64,000 nt of DNA, from NCBI RefSeq assembly GCF_009914755.1, contig NC_060927.1; one strand, written 5' to 3'. The position numbers and the translations under genes were made by a program. The notes under the pieces are model-generated. The model was not told the origin of the DNA. It searched no databases and worked only from the letters and a program-made list of their open reading frames with translations. Positions 28,726 to 46,358 of this stretch are shown one piece after another; within the stretch, counting starts at the first letter, position 1; every line of letters starts with the position of its first letter. The stretch is from the human T2T-CHM13v2.0 reference genome, Homo sapiens.

Positions 28726-29599
28726 AGAAAATTTTCATTTTGCCCCCTCCTATTTTATCTCTCTGTGAGAAGCACAAGACTTTAAGCTTTGGAAGGCTTT
28801 CAGAATCTGCCTGTCTCCTGTATCTGTATCATAAATGCAATTTTGGCATATGTGTTTGCTGAAGGAGCAGAGTTTCTTTATCCAATCTCCACAACTTGCA
28901 GTCCCCACCAGGTACAAAAAGCCAGAAGGCTTGAATTTTCATCTCACATGTCTATAAAGTCAGCCCACTTTGGCATCGTGCTTACCAACACAGCAAGAAA
29001 TATCAGCTCTGATCCTTGTTCCTCAGGATAGTAGGTAGTTTATTTCACTTACAGAAGCAAACACTGGACCCAGAGACTTGAGCTAAGTTATCCAAGCTTG
29101 CACAGCTAATAAATAACAGAGCAGGGATTCAAAGTTGGGGGATTTGAGTACAAAGTACATGGTCTTTATGTTGTTTATTGGGAGAAAGAAAAAATCAAAG
29201 GCATACAATAAAAACCCACTATCTCTGAGGTTACGTACAAACCCAAACTTCCAGAGACTTATCAACAGAGCAGGACTAGAAGACTTGTTGCCATTCATAG
29301 TGACTCACCTCCTGATTTCTTTGCAGTTCTTACATTATGTTATCTTGTTTCCCCAACTACAAGATGGCATACAGTGAGCAACTCTGGTAACTGCGAACTC
29401 ATTTTTTCACTGGGAAGTTCTGATAATTTGAGAGGTCTCTTTATGTTGATCTGGATTCTCTCTCACTCTTGTTTCCACCAGTTGGTCCTGTTCTCCCTTC
29501 TGAACCCATACAGAATGACCCTCCTTCCTCCTCCATAGGCCACCCCCTAGATAGATGATGATGATGATGAAGATCACCATTGTGCACATGTATTCAGCA

Positions 29600-29800
29600 C
29601 TGCCATCTACCACACACAATTTTATACACATCTCATTTATTATCTTCCTAATAATCCTATAAGTTAGTTACTATGACTATCCTCTTTTTACACTGGGGAA
29701 ACTGAGGCACAGAGGAGGTTAAGTAACTTGCCCAAAGTTCACAACTTACAAGTGGAAGTACACAGATTTAAGGGCAGGTAGTCAGAGCCCAAGTTTTTTA
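29600..29800 (-). mobile_element. MIR, representative of many copies (others near 23760, 24620, 32060, 32820, 36090, 41640, 47180, 53830, 56490, 62000)
   Basis: MIR core ggaaactgaggcacagag..ggttaagtaacttgcccaa. Confidence 0.8.
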
Positions 29801-30149
29801 TTTCTCCTCCCTCTCACACTACTACCAGGTTGTGCCACCTCTGGACTGTCAACTCTCTTCATCTTCTCCCATGAGACTTGGTTTTCAGATCTTTTCCCAT
29901 CCCGGCTTCCCTGTTTTGCACACACTCTAGTTTGTTACCCTGCTATTTGGCAAGACCCCCAACATTGAAAACTACATCAACGACGGGATCTAATGGGGGC
30001 AGGTGGCTACCACACCAGTACTTCTTGTGGCTGAAATTTTATGATACTATCATGCCCCAGAAATGAGATGACGTGCAAAGCTCATGTAAGAGTTCAGCAC
30101 GTTATCCATTATCATTATCCTTATCCTTATTATCCAATTGATAAAGATT

Positions 30150-31550
30150 GCACTGGCCATTTTGTTAGTGGCTAGATGACAACATCACTTCAGCTTAAAT
30201 GGGTGGTCATCTTCATTGCCCAGATCATCTCATGATCTATTTTTCATCCAGTTCTTCGCCATTCTGAACCTGTGTAGATTTTAAAAAATAACATAGACAT
30301 AAAACTTTACATTTATGTTAATTAATTTCATCTGGCTCTCAGCCCGTGTTTCCTCTAGTCTACCCAGCTTACTTCCAATCTTCATTCTGTGACCTTTTGT
30401 CATCGCGTTCCCATCATTTGGGGATTAAGTCATTAATATGTGCGCATAAAAGGAAAAAACAGTGACCGAGCACTCTCCTTGGTCAGTTTAACACCAAACA
30501 TTATGCGTTAACATCCTTTGGGGTATGGCTGCTCTATCGGAGCTGCATCTTCTGGACTGGACTGTCACCCAGCCTACTTTTTGTTATTAGACAGATGATG
30601 GAATTTAGAGATGAGAGGCACATAAGGGAAGATGCCTCTCATCTTTCATGCCTCATCTTTCATAAATGAGCCCCAGTGAGGTTAAGAAACTTCTCTGTGG
30701 TCATCTGACTTATTAGTGGTGGAGCTAGATATGTATCCAGGTCTCCAGACCTCAATCCTGCGTTCTTTCCATGAAAACATAAAACATTGTGCCGAGATCA
30801 AACAGCATTTCCTAAGTGACCACCCTACAACCTCTATTAGAAAAGCAATAAGATAACTCAACTAAGTCACCAATATCTGTGTGCAAAGCCTAAATACTTT
30901 GTTAATAATCTATTCTAGAATCTTGCCAGGGATCAGAATAAAGTGTATCAGTCTGTGGTTTCCAAAATGTACCCTATTCTTATTTTTTGAACACTGGAGC
31001 CATATTTGTCTGCCTCTTGTTGGCTAGAACCTACTCTGTTTTCTGGATTTGTCAAAGTGGCCCCTGAATGACACCTACAGGCTTGTCCAGCAACTTGGAT
31101 TCAAATGTGTGTGTGTGTTTCAAAGCCAGTTAGTTCTCCATTGATTTACCTTGGGTTCTAGTATCCACCTTTGGCATCTTTTCTTCCATTTTTAGTTTAA
31201 GGCCACTCTCTTTGGAAAAGATGAAAACTCTTCCAGAATGGCACAGTCCTGTTGAGCTATGCTTTCTATGTTCTTTTTCACTTCAAACGTTGTCTAGCAT
31301 TCAGCTGGGCCTTCAGTTAGCCTGAAGCCAGGCTCACAGGTCTGAATTGCTTTTGTGTATTCCTACCTGGTTGCATGCCCAGGCTCTGCCTTTGCGTGTA
31401 TGTGTACAGTTTCCTGAAAGCATAGGCTCAACCAACACTCTCTGTTGCTGTCACATTGATTGAAAAACAAAAACTGACTCCTTTTTCTTTTCTTTTCAGT
31501 GTGATTCATGACTTCTTAGAAACTTATTTTGGAATGTCTTCTACCCTCCT
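30150..31550 (-). mobile_element. Fragmented L3/CR1 LINE, with an internal MIR
   Basis: ctattctagaatcttgccagggatc...gtctgtggtttcca...ttttttgaacactggagccatatttgtctgcctc resembles the L3 consensus. Confidence 0.5.
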
Positions 31551-31608
31551 ATCCTTCATACACATATTCCTAATTAGAGATTTAGGCTAGAGTCCCATTG
31601 GATCACAC

Positions 31609-31921
<313 letters not shown>

Positions 31922-33377
31922 CACATTTTCTTTTATCCTTATCACCCTCTAGATGAAGCAGCCACTTCCCCATCTTGGCTGTAGTTGCTTCTACATCATC
32001 TCAATTTATTCACTGTTGGTCAAAACATCCCTTTCCCTTCTGAGCAGTAATAAGAATAATATTAGCAACTCATGCTTGGTGAGAGCTTTCTAGGGCACTG
32101 TGCTGGGATTCACCCATAGTATCTCTTGCGATCTTCACATGAACATGATGAGGGAGGCAGCATTGCTACCCCCAACTGACAGGGCCTCTTAGGGGTTAAG
32201 ATGCTTGCTCAAGGCTCCACAGCTTCCTACTCTACAAGATGGCAGAGCCAGGATGCAAACCTAGGAAGGCAGATGCCAGATCCTACGCTGGAGATGAGTC
32301 AGTGAGGCAAATCGGGATTTTTGCTGATGCTAGGCTTATAGCAAAATTAAACTTCCAGCTGTTTGAATAATTGAGATCTCCCACTACTGCTCTATCTTAT
32401 AGAGTGCTTAGAGCAATGCCTGGCACATCAATGTTGGATATTAATATTATTATATCTTGCCTCCGCACCAGGTTTGTTTTTTAAAAAAGTACATCACCAG
32501 CACAGTCCTTGACAAATAGTATTCCACAAAGTCACCTTTCTTCCGTACTACAGTTTTAACTGTACCCTGTCCCCTCCATCTCTATCCATAGCCAGCTAAG
32601 TGTGTTTGCTATTAACTTGGTAAACGTTTACCTCTTCCTGGAAGAGCAGGCAATCCTCACTCTGCTTTCTAGGTTGTCCCCTTCCCCTATTACCGCAGTG
32701 GGTCCCATGTAGATAGGGCAAGTAGAGGAGATGGGAGAAGCCTGGGGTCTGCTGGACGCTGATGTCCTCCCTCCCTCTTGGAATGCACCTACTTGGAAAG
32801 TGAGAGCCAATGTAGTGTCTTGGAAAGAACGTGCCTGCCTGGGCTTGAAGGCAGAGAGACATGGGTTTAAATCTTGGCTCTGTCACTTGCCAGCGGTGTG
32901 ATTCCAGGTTGTTTCCTTACCCCTCTGAGGTTTAATTTGTCATCTGTAAAATGGAGGATAGGGGAATAACATCTGCCTTAAGGGGTGGGTTGATGGGTGT
33001 CTGGAATGCAGTAGCACTGTGTAACTGTCTGCGTTATCATCACAGGTTCCCCAACCTCTGTGCCATGAGGCATTTATCTTCCTGAATTCACTCCCCCTAC
33101 CTGAGGCTTTGCTGGAGGCATCTTAACGGCCTCTTGGCCCGACCCAGGCTGGTAAGAGCCTTGGCAAGCGCACGCCTGCGTGCCCATTCTCCAGAGTTCC
33201 TGGCCTCGCGATCGTGCACTGATTTCCTTCAGAACCCCAGGCCCGCTCTGGACGTGGAAGGCAGCCGTGCCGTCTGGGAAAGTGGAGCCGAGCCCGGGAC
33301 GCTGTCGGCCTAAATGGAACGCCGGCCCCGGGGCCCGCTCCCCGGCGGGTTCCCGAGCTAAATCCTCCAACTGTTCC

Positions 33378-33387
33378 ATGACGTCAT
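33378..33387. promoter_or_regulatory. Full palindromic CRE (ATGACGTCAT), CREB/ATF-type site
   Basis: Exact TGACGTCA extended to a 10-bp palindrome inside the CpG island. Confidence 0.55.
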
Positions 33388-33536
33388 CGGGCCCCCTCCC
33401 CCTGCTCCGGCCCGCGCGGCCCCAGCGTGGCGCTAAGGAGTGTGGCGGTCCCCGCGCGCACCGTGGGCCATCCCTAACCCAGGACCTGGCTAGCAGGCTG
33501 CCCTCCGAGCCGAGGCTGCGCTGGGCGGAACCAGGG

Positions 33537-33543
33537 ATTTATA
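33537..33543 (-). promoter_or_regulatory. Candidate TATA box (GGGCTATAAATCCC)
   Basis: TATAWAW match embedded in GC-rich island sequence; motif only. Confidence 0.4.
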
Positions 33544-34435
33544 GCCCGGAGTGGGGCTGAAACAGAGCTCCTGGCCCGAGCAGAGAGCGTGCACACGCAT
33601 GAAATCGTGCTCCTGGGTGCGCCGGCGGCCAGGTGCCCGATGTCGGTCTTGGAAGCAGCGCCGGAGTCCGTCTGAACCCAGGCCCGGGAGGCCAGAGGCT
33701 GCCGGCCACGTTCAACTGTGTCCCCCTTGGGAAGACAATCCCCCCAGTTCTGGTTTCTTCCTGAGCCACGGGTGGTTGGTTGGTTTGGTGGAAGGCAGGT
33801 GCACAGGTAACAGAGACAAGGTTAGGAGGCAAAGCACATTTATGTGCAAATGAGACGCGCTAGGGAACTTGTAATCCTCTGCACCCCCGCCCTTGATGTC
33901 TCGATCCCTACAATCACAGAATTCTAGGCAGAGGCCGCCGACTTCTCCGCCCTCGCCAAGAGGGACCCGGAGCACCGAAGCTTCCCAGCCGGTGCCGGCG
34001 TTTCCGCGCCCTCCTTCTCTCCTGCGCCGTGACCTCAAAAGGGCGGCGGGCGGGGGCCCCTCCACTCCAGCCCTGTCGATCCTATTTCTGAAGGGCCTTA
34101 GGGAAGGAGATTCCACAATTTATTTGATGACCTGTTTCAGTTTTTAGCAACTAGGAAATTCCCCCTTCTTCTAACCTCGATTCACCGTGCCACAGATTTG
34201 GTTTGGACGCAGACGGTTCTGTTTATAGGCCTGCCACTCGGCTTTGTCTGCTCTCAGGAATGACCTCCACCAGGCCAGATCGGAGGTGGAAGCCAGGACT
34301 CGGTAGCTCCGGGAGGCATGTGTCCCCTTTCTGCTGGGAATTTTCTCTTTCTTGGGTACCCTGTCACTGAGTTATTGTCCCTCCCATCTTCCACGACTCT
34401 TTCTTGGTCTTTCTTTAAAAAAAAAAAAAAAAAAA

Positions 34436-35610
<1,175 letters not shown>

Positions 35611-35725
35611 ACCCATTAATATAGTCCCCTAATGGTAGGATACCCTAGCACCTTCCCTGTACCTTTCTTCTAAATCTCTACAGATGCTATTTTCTCCATA
35701 AATTATTTCTCGTATAGTCTCTTAA

Positions 35726-36095
<370 letters not shown>

Positions 36096-38525
36096 TGAAG
36101 GGCTTGAAAGGTGAACCAGTCCAAATATCTCATTTTATAGAAGAGAAAACTGAGGCTAAAGATGTTAAGGGAATGGCCCAATGTTACTTAGCTAATTAGA
36201 GTGAGCTGATCCAGAATTAGACCTGTGATTGTTTGGACCGACAACCAAGAAGCCATGAGTAACTTTATAAAGAGGAATTTTGGCTATTGGATAAGGGCTG
36301 AAGCACAGAATCTTAGAATGGGAAAGCAACATGGGACATTAGAGATCATTCCTAATTACCAAAATGAGAACAGTGAGGTCTAAAGTTGGTAAGTTGACCT
36401 TCCTAGATGACACAGCTCTCTCCTGGGAGAGATAGGGCTTAACCAGGGACTCTGGGGTGAGTCGGGTGGTGGTAGTGAGGGAACAGAGTCAGAGTCACCG
36501 TGTGGTTTGGTGGCACACAGGCTGGAGAGGGAAGATGGGATCTAAAAGGATAATGTGATTGAGGAAAAGGTTTTTTTGTGGATGTTTGAGGCAGAGAAGA
36601 TACTCAATACATCTTGTTGGATGAATGGATGAGAAGAGGAAGTTGGGATGCCTAGGATGGGAAGTAGATAGAGGGAAAGAGAAGATGCTGAACAGAGTGC
36701 TGGGACATTGATCTGGGGACGATACCAGGGTCCTTCCTTTCTCAGCGAGTGAGAGAGTTGGCCGGGGGGTAGCTCTTTTGAAGATGGAAGTAGTAAATGC
36801 TGGGCCATGTCTGGGGAAAATAGCACTTCAGTTACAGTGAGAAGGAAGAGAGAGGGCTGAGGAAGAGGCGGACAATATCCTGACACACTTGAATAGGGGT
36901 TCTGATGGGCTGAGAGGGGCATGGGCAGGAGATGACGGTGGCCTCCTTTGATGCCTGGGCTCCAGATCAGAGCCGCAGATAGACCCTAAAAGGCAGAGGG
37001 GTGGCTGACCTAGACCTGAGTGAAATCCCCCACCACCCCGCACACTGCCTCTTTTTTGAGGGAACAGGACACTGGCAGGAAATAGGGAAAGAGAAAGCAC
37101 CAATAAGCCACCCTGTGCAGCCCCCGGGGCCTGTGGGACTTAGGTAAGAACGAGGCAGTGGTGCTCATTTACAGCGAGAGCATTTCTGATACCGTGGGCG
37201 GGGAGCAGCCTCTCTCTGTGAATTAGCTTGGCAGGTTGGAATGTAAGTCAGACTACGGTGAAGGCTGGATGCCGTAGGGTCTCATTTGGTTTGGACATAG
37301 GAGAGTAGCTGAGGGAGAGGGTTAGCTGAGCCTTAGTAAATGTCAGTTATAGTAGCCTGAATTCTGCATAGAGGCCACAGAGTTGCGGACTACTTACATT
37401 GTTTTCTGCTGTACACGCTGCCTAAACTGCCCATCAACTCTTTTATGCCCGTTAACATACCCTTCCAGCTCAAAAGCTTTCTCCTCTATGAGGCTTTCCT
37501 CAATGCTCTTGCTAGAAATGAATCTTCCCCTTCTCTGAATTTTCACTGCCTTGTTTTCTCCTCTTAAAGGGAATGTATATTCTGCCATGCATTTTGCATA
37601 GTTGTCTGTCCCCTAGGAGACTTTAAACTCATAGAAGGCGGGGACCATATCTGACAGCTCTGTGTTCTTCACAGTTCCTGGCATGTCTTACCCATATCAG
37701 GTGTCCAATATAACTATTTGTGAGTTGAAAGAAATAATGTGTGCAAAAATCCTAAAATGGAAACCCAGGTGTTCTTTGAAGAAACGTGATAAGGTTTCTT
37801 TGCTTCCGTATGAGTTCCCCCAACCTCTCTGGATGAATATAGTGAACAAATAAAGTGGACCAAATTTCCAGGATAGGGAGAGACATGGAAGGTTAATCCA
37901 AGTCTCCATCAAGTGGTCCTCTGATCACAGCTGAAGGAAATCCATACCTGAACACCTGAATAGGTAACAAGAGTAGGGCACATGGGGCATGTTTTATATG
38001 AGAGAGACATTAAGAGGCAGAAGACAGGAGTACTCACTGATCTATCAAGAATGATGAGAACCTACTTATTCTGTGCTAGACTCTAGGGATGGAGCAGAAA
38101 TGGGACACAGTCCCTGTCCTCAAGGTACTTCCAGTGGGTCAATACTAGAGGCAGTGGTGTGCTGTCAGTGCTTAACAGCAGACTCCCTTGGAGGAAAAAA
38201 AGCCTTTGTTATTGTGTTCCATGGTGGTGTCAATATTCCTACTATGGCCAATTTCAAGTGACCATGATGACATCACCAAAAGGCAAGTTGGGAAGAGATA
38301 CACCAGCAAGCAAGCTTGCTCTAGCACACTGCTGGCTGGAGGCAACGGGGAAGAAAAGGAAGTAGTTACCTGCATGTCTGCAGGGCCTATGGCCATAATA
38401 GAGAAAGTACTGGGAGTCAAAGAAAAACAGGGCAAACAACAATATCTGTTTTCCGCAGAGAAAAACTAGAGAGAATGTTTCTAGTGTCAATAACCTGATG
38501 TGGCTCAGAAAGGAAGAAAAGGTGA

Positions 38526-38861
<336 letters not shown>

Positions 38862-39096
38862 TTTCAGGACAGTCCAGTATTATCCACATACACAAACTGG
38901 CCTGGCCTGTAGCAACTCTTACAGAACAGTGGCTTCTCCTGCATTCAGAGGTGCTGGTTTACATCATTTTAGGAGCTGATGTCTATTGTGGGCAGTTAGA
39001 TAATGATATTAATCCACACGTATGTTATATATTATTAATATATATCATTTATTGAGTAACTATTGTGAACCAGCACTTTATATATTTTATGTCTAA

Positions 39097-39427
<331 letters not shown>

Positions 39428-39699
39428 TTGTATTTCCATTTTTACAGATGAGGAAACATTGACTCGGTGACACTAAGGAAGGAACGTCTTTCCAAATTTG
39501 TCAAGGTTCATGATAGTCCTCATGAACCTGCGGGTTTCATGCATGAGATGCAAGTGACGAGATCAAGAAGTCAGCCCAACTTACAGAGTGCATGCTCCCG
39601 ATGCCTCTTACTCTTGTGCTTTGTTACCTATGAGATCGCATTTAGAGTATTATAGAACAGGAATTTGATTTTTCATTTTAAGGCGGACCATGAAAAAAA

Positions 39700-40210
39700 T
39701 GGAGTGTATCAAGAGAAGAGTGGTCCAGGATATTTGTGGGTCTATAAATCAAGTCCTCTAAGGAACTGAGGCTGTTTAGCTCAGTGAAGATGAAAAGGAG
39801 ACACCATGAAGATACATCTCCAGCCCTATGAAAGGCAGCCATGTGGAGGAGTGTGGAGGATGCTCTGTGTGCCCCTAGAGGGTGAAAATGGGCCCAGTGG
39901 ATGAAGACTTCAGTCATGCACCCCGTAAACACTTATTGTGCACTGATTTTGTTCCAAGTATTGTTCTAAGTGCTGTCTAGGGAAGAAGATGACAAGGAAT
40001 GGGACACACAATCCTTGTTCAACATCAGGAAGAACTTTCTGAAGATCAGAGCTGTCCAGTAACGCAGCAGGCTTCTTGAAAAGTAGTGAGCTTCCTATCT
40101 TTGGAGTATTCAGGAGGAGGCTGGGTGCCCACTTATCAGAATGTGCTAGGATGAGTCTTTTGTGGAGTGGTAAGTGGAACTAAATCCCCTTCCAGTTCCA
40201 AAATTCCACA
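39700..40210 (+). mobile_element. L3/CR1 3' region with an L2 fragment inserted (~39910-40015)
   Basis: aaggaactgaggctgtttagc...aggaagaactttct..gatcagagctgtcca...gtagtgagcttcctatc.ttggagtattca. Confidence 0.7.
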
Positions 40211-43200
40211 TCTACATTCAGCTTTGTTTTGGCAGGCTAGTGTGCGCTGTGCTGAAAGAGTGCCATCCTGACCCCCCACTTCCACCTAGCCTTGTCCGCC
40301 CTGGTGTGTGCTCCGAGTTCTCTGACAGTGAGCTGAGGTGGGCCAGTTAGACTGGAAAGTGGCTGCATCTGTGACAGGGATGATGGAGTTCTGGCGGGTT
40401 TGTGTGGGCTCAAGGAATGCGGCATTGAAGCCATGTACACACAACCTGCTTAAGAACATCCCATGGGCAGAAAATGTTTTCTTCCTCTTTAGCCCTCCTC
40501 TGTTGCTGTGCCAGGCGGGCACAATGGTGCCTTTGAGAGGGGCAGCTGGAAGGGGGTGTTGGCAGGCAGACTGGAAGTAGAATATTGCAGCTGGGGGTGG
40601 GGGTGCCCAAATTCATTTCCAGGAGTGAGCCGGCACTGGGTGCCAGTTTCCAAAACAAAACTGCTGTTTCTCAGAGTTCACAGTGATGGGTTGCTTCAGA
40701 GTTGGACAGAAGGCAAAGCTGTTTCCTATCCACTGCTCCACCCTCCCCAGGTGTTTTTTTCTCTTTCTTTCTTTTTTTTTTTTTAAACTAGTGTGTTAAG
40801 GGATTCTTGCTCTGGATGCAGATTAATAGGCTTTGCTGTCTGTCTGGGAAGCTGAGGCCAACCTGGAGTGGATGGGGCTTTTTGAGGGATCACACTTTCC
40901 TGCAGACAAAGCAGGGCCTGATGGCCTGGGGGCCAGCAGGGATCATGGGCAGGTAGGCTTCTGAGCCATGAGAGAGGGCTCAGAATGGAGACCCTTTCTG
41001 CCCTGCAGGGTGACTTCCACCCTACAGCCACCTGGCACCCTCACTGCCACATGAGCTCTGCCCACTCACTGTCTTAATTCTGTTGGGTGGGAAAGAGGTG
41101 GGAGAATGTTGGCATTTCCTGTCCTGGTTCACAGTTGTCCCGGACCCTCTGCTACTATCAAAGATACCACCAATAGCTTCCTAGAGATGGGCGTGGGAGG
41201 CCTTCTCACTCACTGCGCAGTTAGGAGAAGGCATGAGTGCCAGCCATCTTCCCCTTTGTGTTACAAATGCAGCAAGGTGGGCCCCTTTTTCTGGTAGCTT
41301 CCAAGAAAAAGGCGGGACTTGAGGCTGGCCAAGTGATCATTGCTAATGTTCACACCAATTGTGGAATTCCCTATACTTGGTTCAATTTTATAATCAACAA
41401 ACAACTATTGAGGAATTAGTTCATTTTAGGCATTGTGCTCAGTCCAGGGGTATAGAATGAATAAGATAAAGTCCTTGCTTCAGAAAGCTGACTGCCTGAT
41501 AGATATGCCAAGTCCTGAATGGGAGCCCCTTTATCAACTAAATGGACACATGACTTTTCTAAAAGCAGGAAGGTAATGCAGAGGTCATCTCCTACTGCAG
41601 GTCCCGTGGCATTGTGAAGGGCATATGGGCTGGGGATCACAGATTGAGGCTTGAAACTCATCTGATCTTGGGAGTACTTACTTGTTTTATGAGATGCAGT
41701 TTCCTTGGGTAAATAATGGGAATAATACACAACCATGCAGAGCTGTTATAAAGATGAAATAAGACAGAGCTTGCCACGTGGTAAGTACTCAGTAAGTTGC
41801 TGCTATTGTTATTCATTTGTTGAGCCTAATGGGCTTGAGATATAACACGTGTGTGTGCACAGTGGTATTTATCCAACCCCTTGTAGATTCTATGACCTTC
41901 TTTAAAGATTCAGTTCTTCTACCTTCTTAATTCCTCTTCTAGTGAAGACTAAGATTAGTAAGTTTATGACTTCACAGGATAAGTTAGAAAAACAAAGACA
42001 TATCCACTATAGCCAACAAGACATATTTGTATATAATATTCTCTGTTTAATAACCTGTGATTGTAGAGGAAGAAAAGGATTGTAATGTTTCTCTTCCCTG
42101 AGGTTCCCAAATCTCCCATGTGTGGTGATGAAGATCATGAATTCCTCTGAATATTCTAAAAAGTCTAGGTCATTTCCCACTGATGGGGCCTCGCAGTTTA
42201 TTATTACTTAAAAGATGCATTTGTTTGGTAGACATTGCTTGGGGAAAGTTATTCTTTTAGTAAGGGACCTTGGTGGTAGAAGACATATGCTTCCTGGGGC
42301 TGGGACAGAAGTTGGCTGAGAGGATCTTCCAGAAAGAAATGTATTGTGGGAGAGCATTCTGACCCAACATGCTGAATCACTTGACCCCCAACTTTGGTCT
42401 TCTGAGACTTTCTTGGGCCCCATCTATGAAACATGCTGCATATCCCTCAACAACTACTTTGTGAAAATGTAGGCATAAAACATAATCTTTAAAAGTTACT
42501 TCTAAGTCCACGGAAGACACAAAGTAGATAGAGCCAGGAGTCTGAAGACAAAAGAAAATCAAAGTAATTCACAAAGAACAAAAGAAATGGAAAAGAACCG
42601 GAAAATAAAAGCATATGAATGAATAGAGGCTTGAAGTGAACTACAGGGTGCACATTAGTAAGAAATAAAAAAGAGGGTCATTTAAGAAAAAGAAAAAGTT
42701 TTATGTGCCAGAAACTGCAAGCAAACAATGGAATTTTGTAAGGGAAAGTTGACAGAAACAGTTTTTCTTTAGTAAGCTGAACGATTCTAAGCATTAGTGA
42801 AGGAAACTCGTAGTCAGTGCACGACTGAAAGAGACAGAGATGGGGATGATGGAGCTGCATTTAAAAATGAATAAAGATTTAATAAGCCAAAGAATCACAG
42901 AGGTCCTCAGGAGGCCTGATGATAAAGAAACAAGGGCTAACATTACCCTAAGATTGAAACGAGGCCAATGTTGTAGCAGTGCTGATTCCTGGTTGGTGGG
43001 ATTGGGGGTTATTTTCTTTTTTGCCCCTCTGTATTTTAAAATGTTCTGCCATGAATTTGGATTACCTTTGTAATCGGGAAAAGAGGTTAGCCCACATATT
43101 AGGAGTAGCGGAAAGAAACCGATTAGGAGGAAGCAGAAAGAAACCAAGTGGTGAGAACCGGTGAATGGGCAAGAAGAAGCAACCAGAAGTGGCAGGAGCT

Positions 43201-43604
43201 GCCTTGGATGGTCTCACAGTGAAGGTGATGCTGGAATGAGGGAGCTGCTGGACTGGATTGAGGAAGGGGAATAAACTAGAAGGAGGAGCTCTCTCAGGAC
43301 CATTCTAGCCTTACTTTTGACTCCATGGTTTGATATGTAATCAGGTTGGCCCTCTTATTTTCCACGAACTCAAAATCCCTTCTAATGCTCTTCTCAACTT
43401 TCCCTTCCCCATGCGTGTTTCCATTTCTTCCACTGTGGCGGCATGGACAGGCTGTACGTCAGCCAATTCCTACTTTCCTTACTCCAGGGAAAGGCTCTAC
43501 CTGTGGTAGCTGAGAAGAAGGTTCAGATCATATCAGGAGAGACCAAGACTTGAAGACCTCTTTCCCTCTAGTTTAAGAGTGTGCAGCACTGCAGGTGGAT
43601 GCTA

Positions 43605-44048
<444 letters not shown>

Positions 44049-44287
44049 TTAGATTGGAATAGCTAAAGGTATCTGCCCAATCTTAAAGGACAGTAATCTG
44101 ACTCATTATTTGTGCTAAATGTTAGTTTTAGAATATGGATTCTCATAGGTGAGACCCATATCCTGATATGGTGATATGGATTAAATATCACCAGCATAGT
44201 ACCCAGCACGTCCTTTTTTTTAAATTAAATTTTTTAAAATTTAACCATTTTAAAGTGTCAGTGGCATTTAGTCACACTGTCTTTTTA

Positions 44288-44895
<608 letters not shown>

Positions 44896-45039
44896 GTGAC
44901 CAACCTGCTCTATCAGCACTAACATGGAGTGATCTCAAGAACATAAAGGTGAGTGAAAAGGTAAGTTTGGAGCATAAAGAGGCTGGGGCCTTCAGCTTTA
45001 TCTGTAATATTTTATTTCTTCTGTTGAAAAATAGTTGAA

Positions 45040-45359
45040 GGCGCCAGGCGCGGTGGCTCACGCCTGTAATCTCAGCACTTTGGGAGGCCAAGGTGGGTGG
45101 GTCACCTGAGGTTAGGAGTTCAATACCAGCCTGGCAAACATGGCAAAGCCCTGTGTCTACTAAAAATACAAAAATTAACTAGGTGTGGTGGCGGGCACCT
45201 ATAATCCCAGCTACTCAGGAGGCTGAGGCAGGAGGATCACTTGAACCCAGGAGGAAGGGGTTTCAGTGGGCTGAGATTGCACCACCGCACTCCAGCCTGG
45301 GTGACAGCAAGAGCTCCATCTCAAAAAAAAACCAAAACAACAACCACAACAACAAAAAA
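45040..45359 (+). mobile_element. AluS
   Basis: TSD gaaaaatagttgaag. Confidence 0.95.
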
Positions 45360-45717
45360 TGGAAAAATAGTTGAAGTAAATAAGACAAAATAATGACAAT
45401 ATCAATTCTGAGTGAGGGGGAGTTGGGAGTATTTGATATACTATTCTCAAGACTTTTCTGTATTAAAAAAATCCTCAAACACTCAAGAATGATCAATAAA
45501 TACTAAAAAAAAAATTAAAAAAATCCTCAATTAAAAGGAGTAATTGATGTGCAGAGATTCCCAAAATATACTGGATAACCAGATATTTTTTTTGAGCAGC
45601 TTCCAGATTTGGACTTACTTCCCCTCCATCAAAGTTTATATTAGTTCATATTAGTGGAGCTGGCTGACCTTCCCTTGTGAATATGTTTTAAAGATTGGAT
45701 TAAATATCAAGGAATTG

Positions 45718-46146
<429 letters not shown>

Positions 46147-46358
46147 CTACAAGGTTATTCTGGGCCTGGGGTGGGGGAGGTGACTCACTGTGTGCCTCCC
46201 TCGCCCCACCCCCCACCTGCTTAATCAGGTGAAATCAGGTTAGAATGAATATTAAGAGCCTCTGGAAGGGAAGAGATGTCAGAGAGGAGTACCCTGAGAG
46301 ACTGCCTTAGACCAGGGATGGTGAGGGTGAGGGTGGGGGTGTGGGGACATGCTGGCTT

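Larger units (their letters stand above)
33125..34100. promoter_or_regulatory. Intronic CpG island
   Basis: Abrupt rise in GC and CpG density in non-repetitive sequence (e.g. gccggccccggggcccgctccccggcggg, cccgcgcgcaccg, gggcggcgggcggggg) against a CpG-depleted background. Confidence 0.85.

Noticed and set aside
33180-34147. Plus-strand ORFs in the CpG island as an antisense protein gene
   Set aside because: Expected from stop-codon scarcity in GC-rich DNA; Pro/Arg/Gly-rich with no homology or supporting exon chain.
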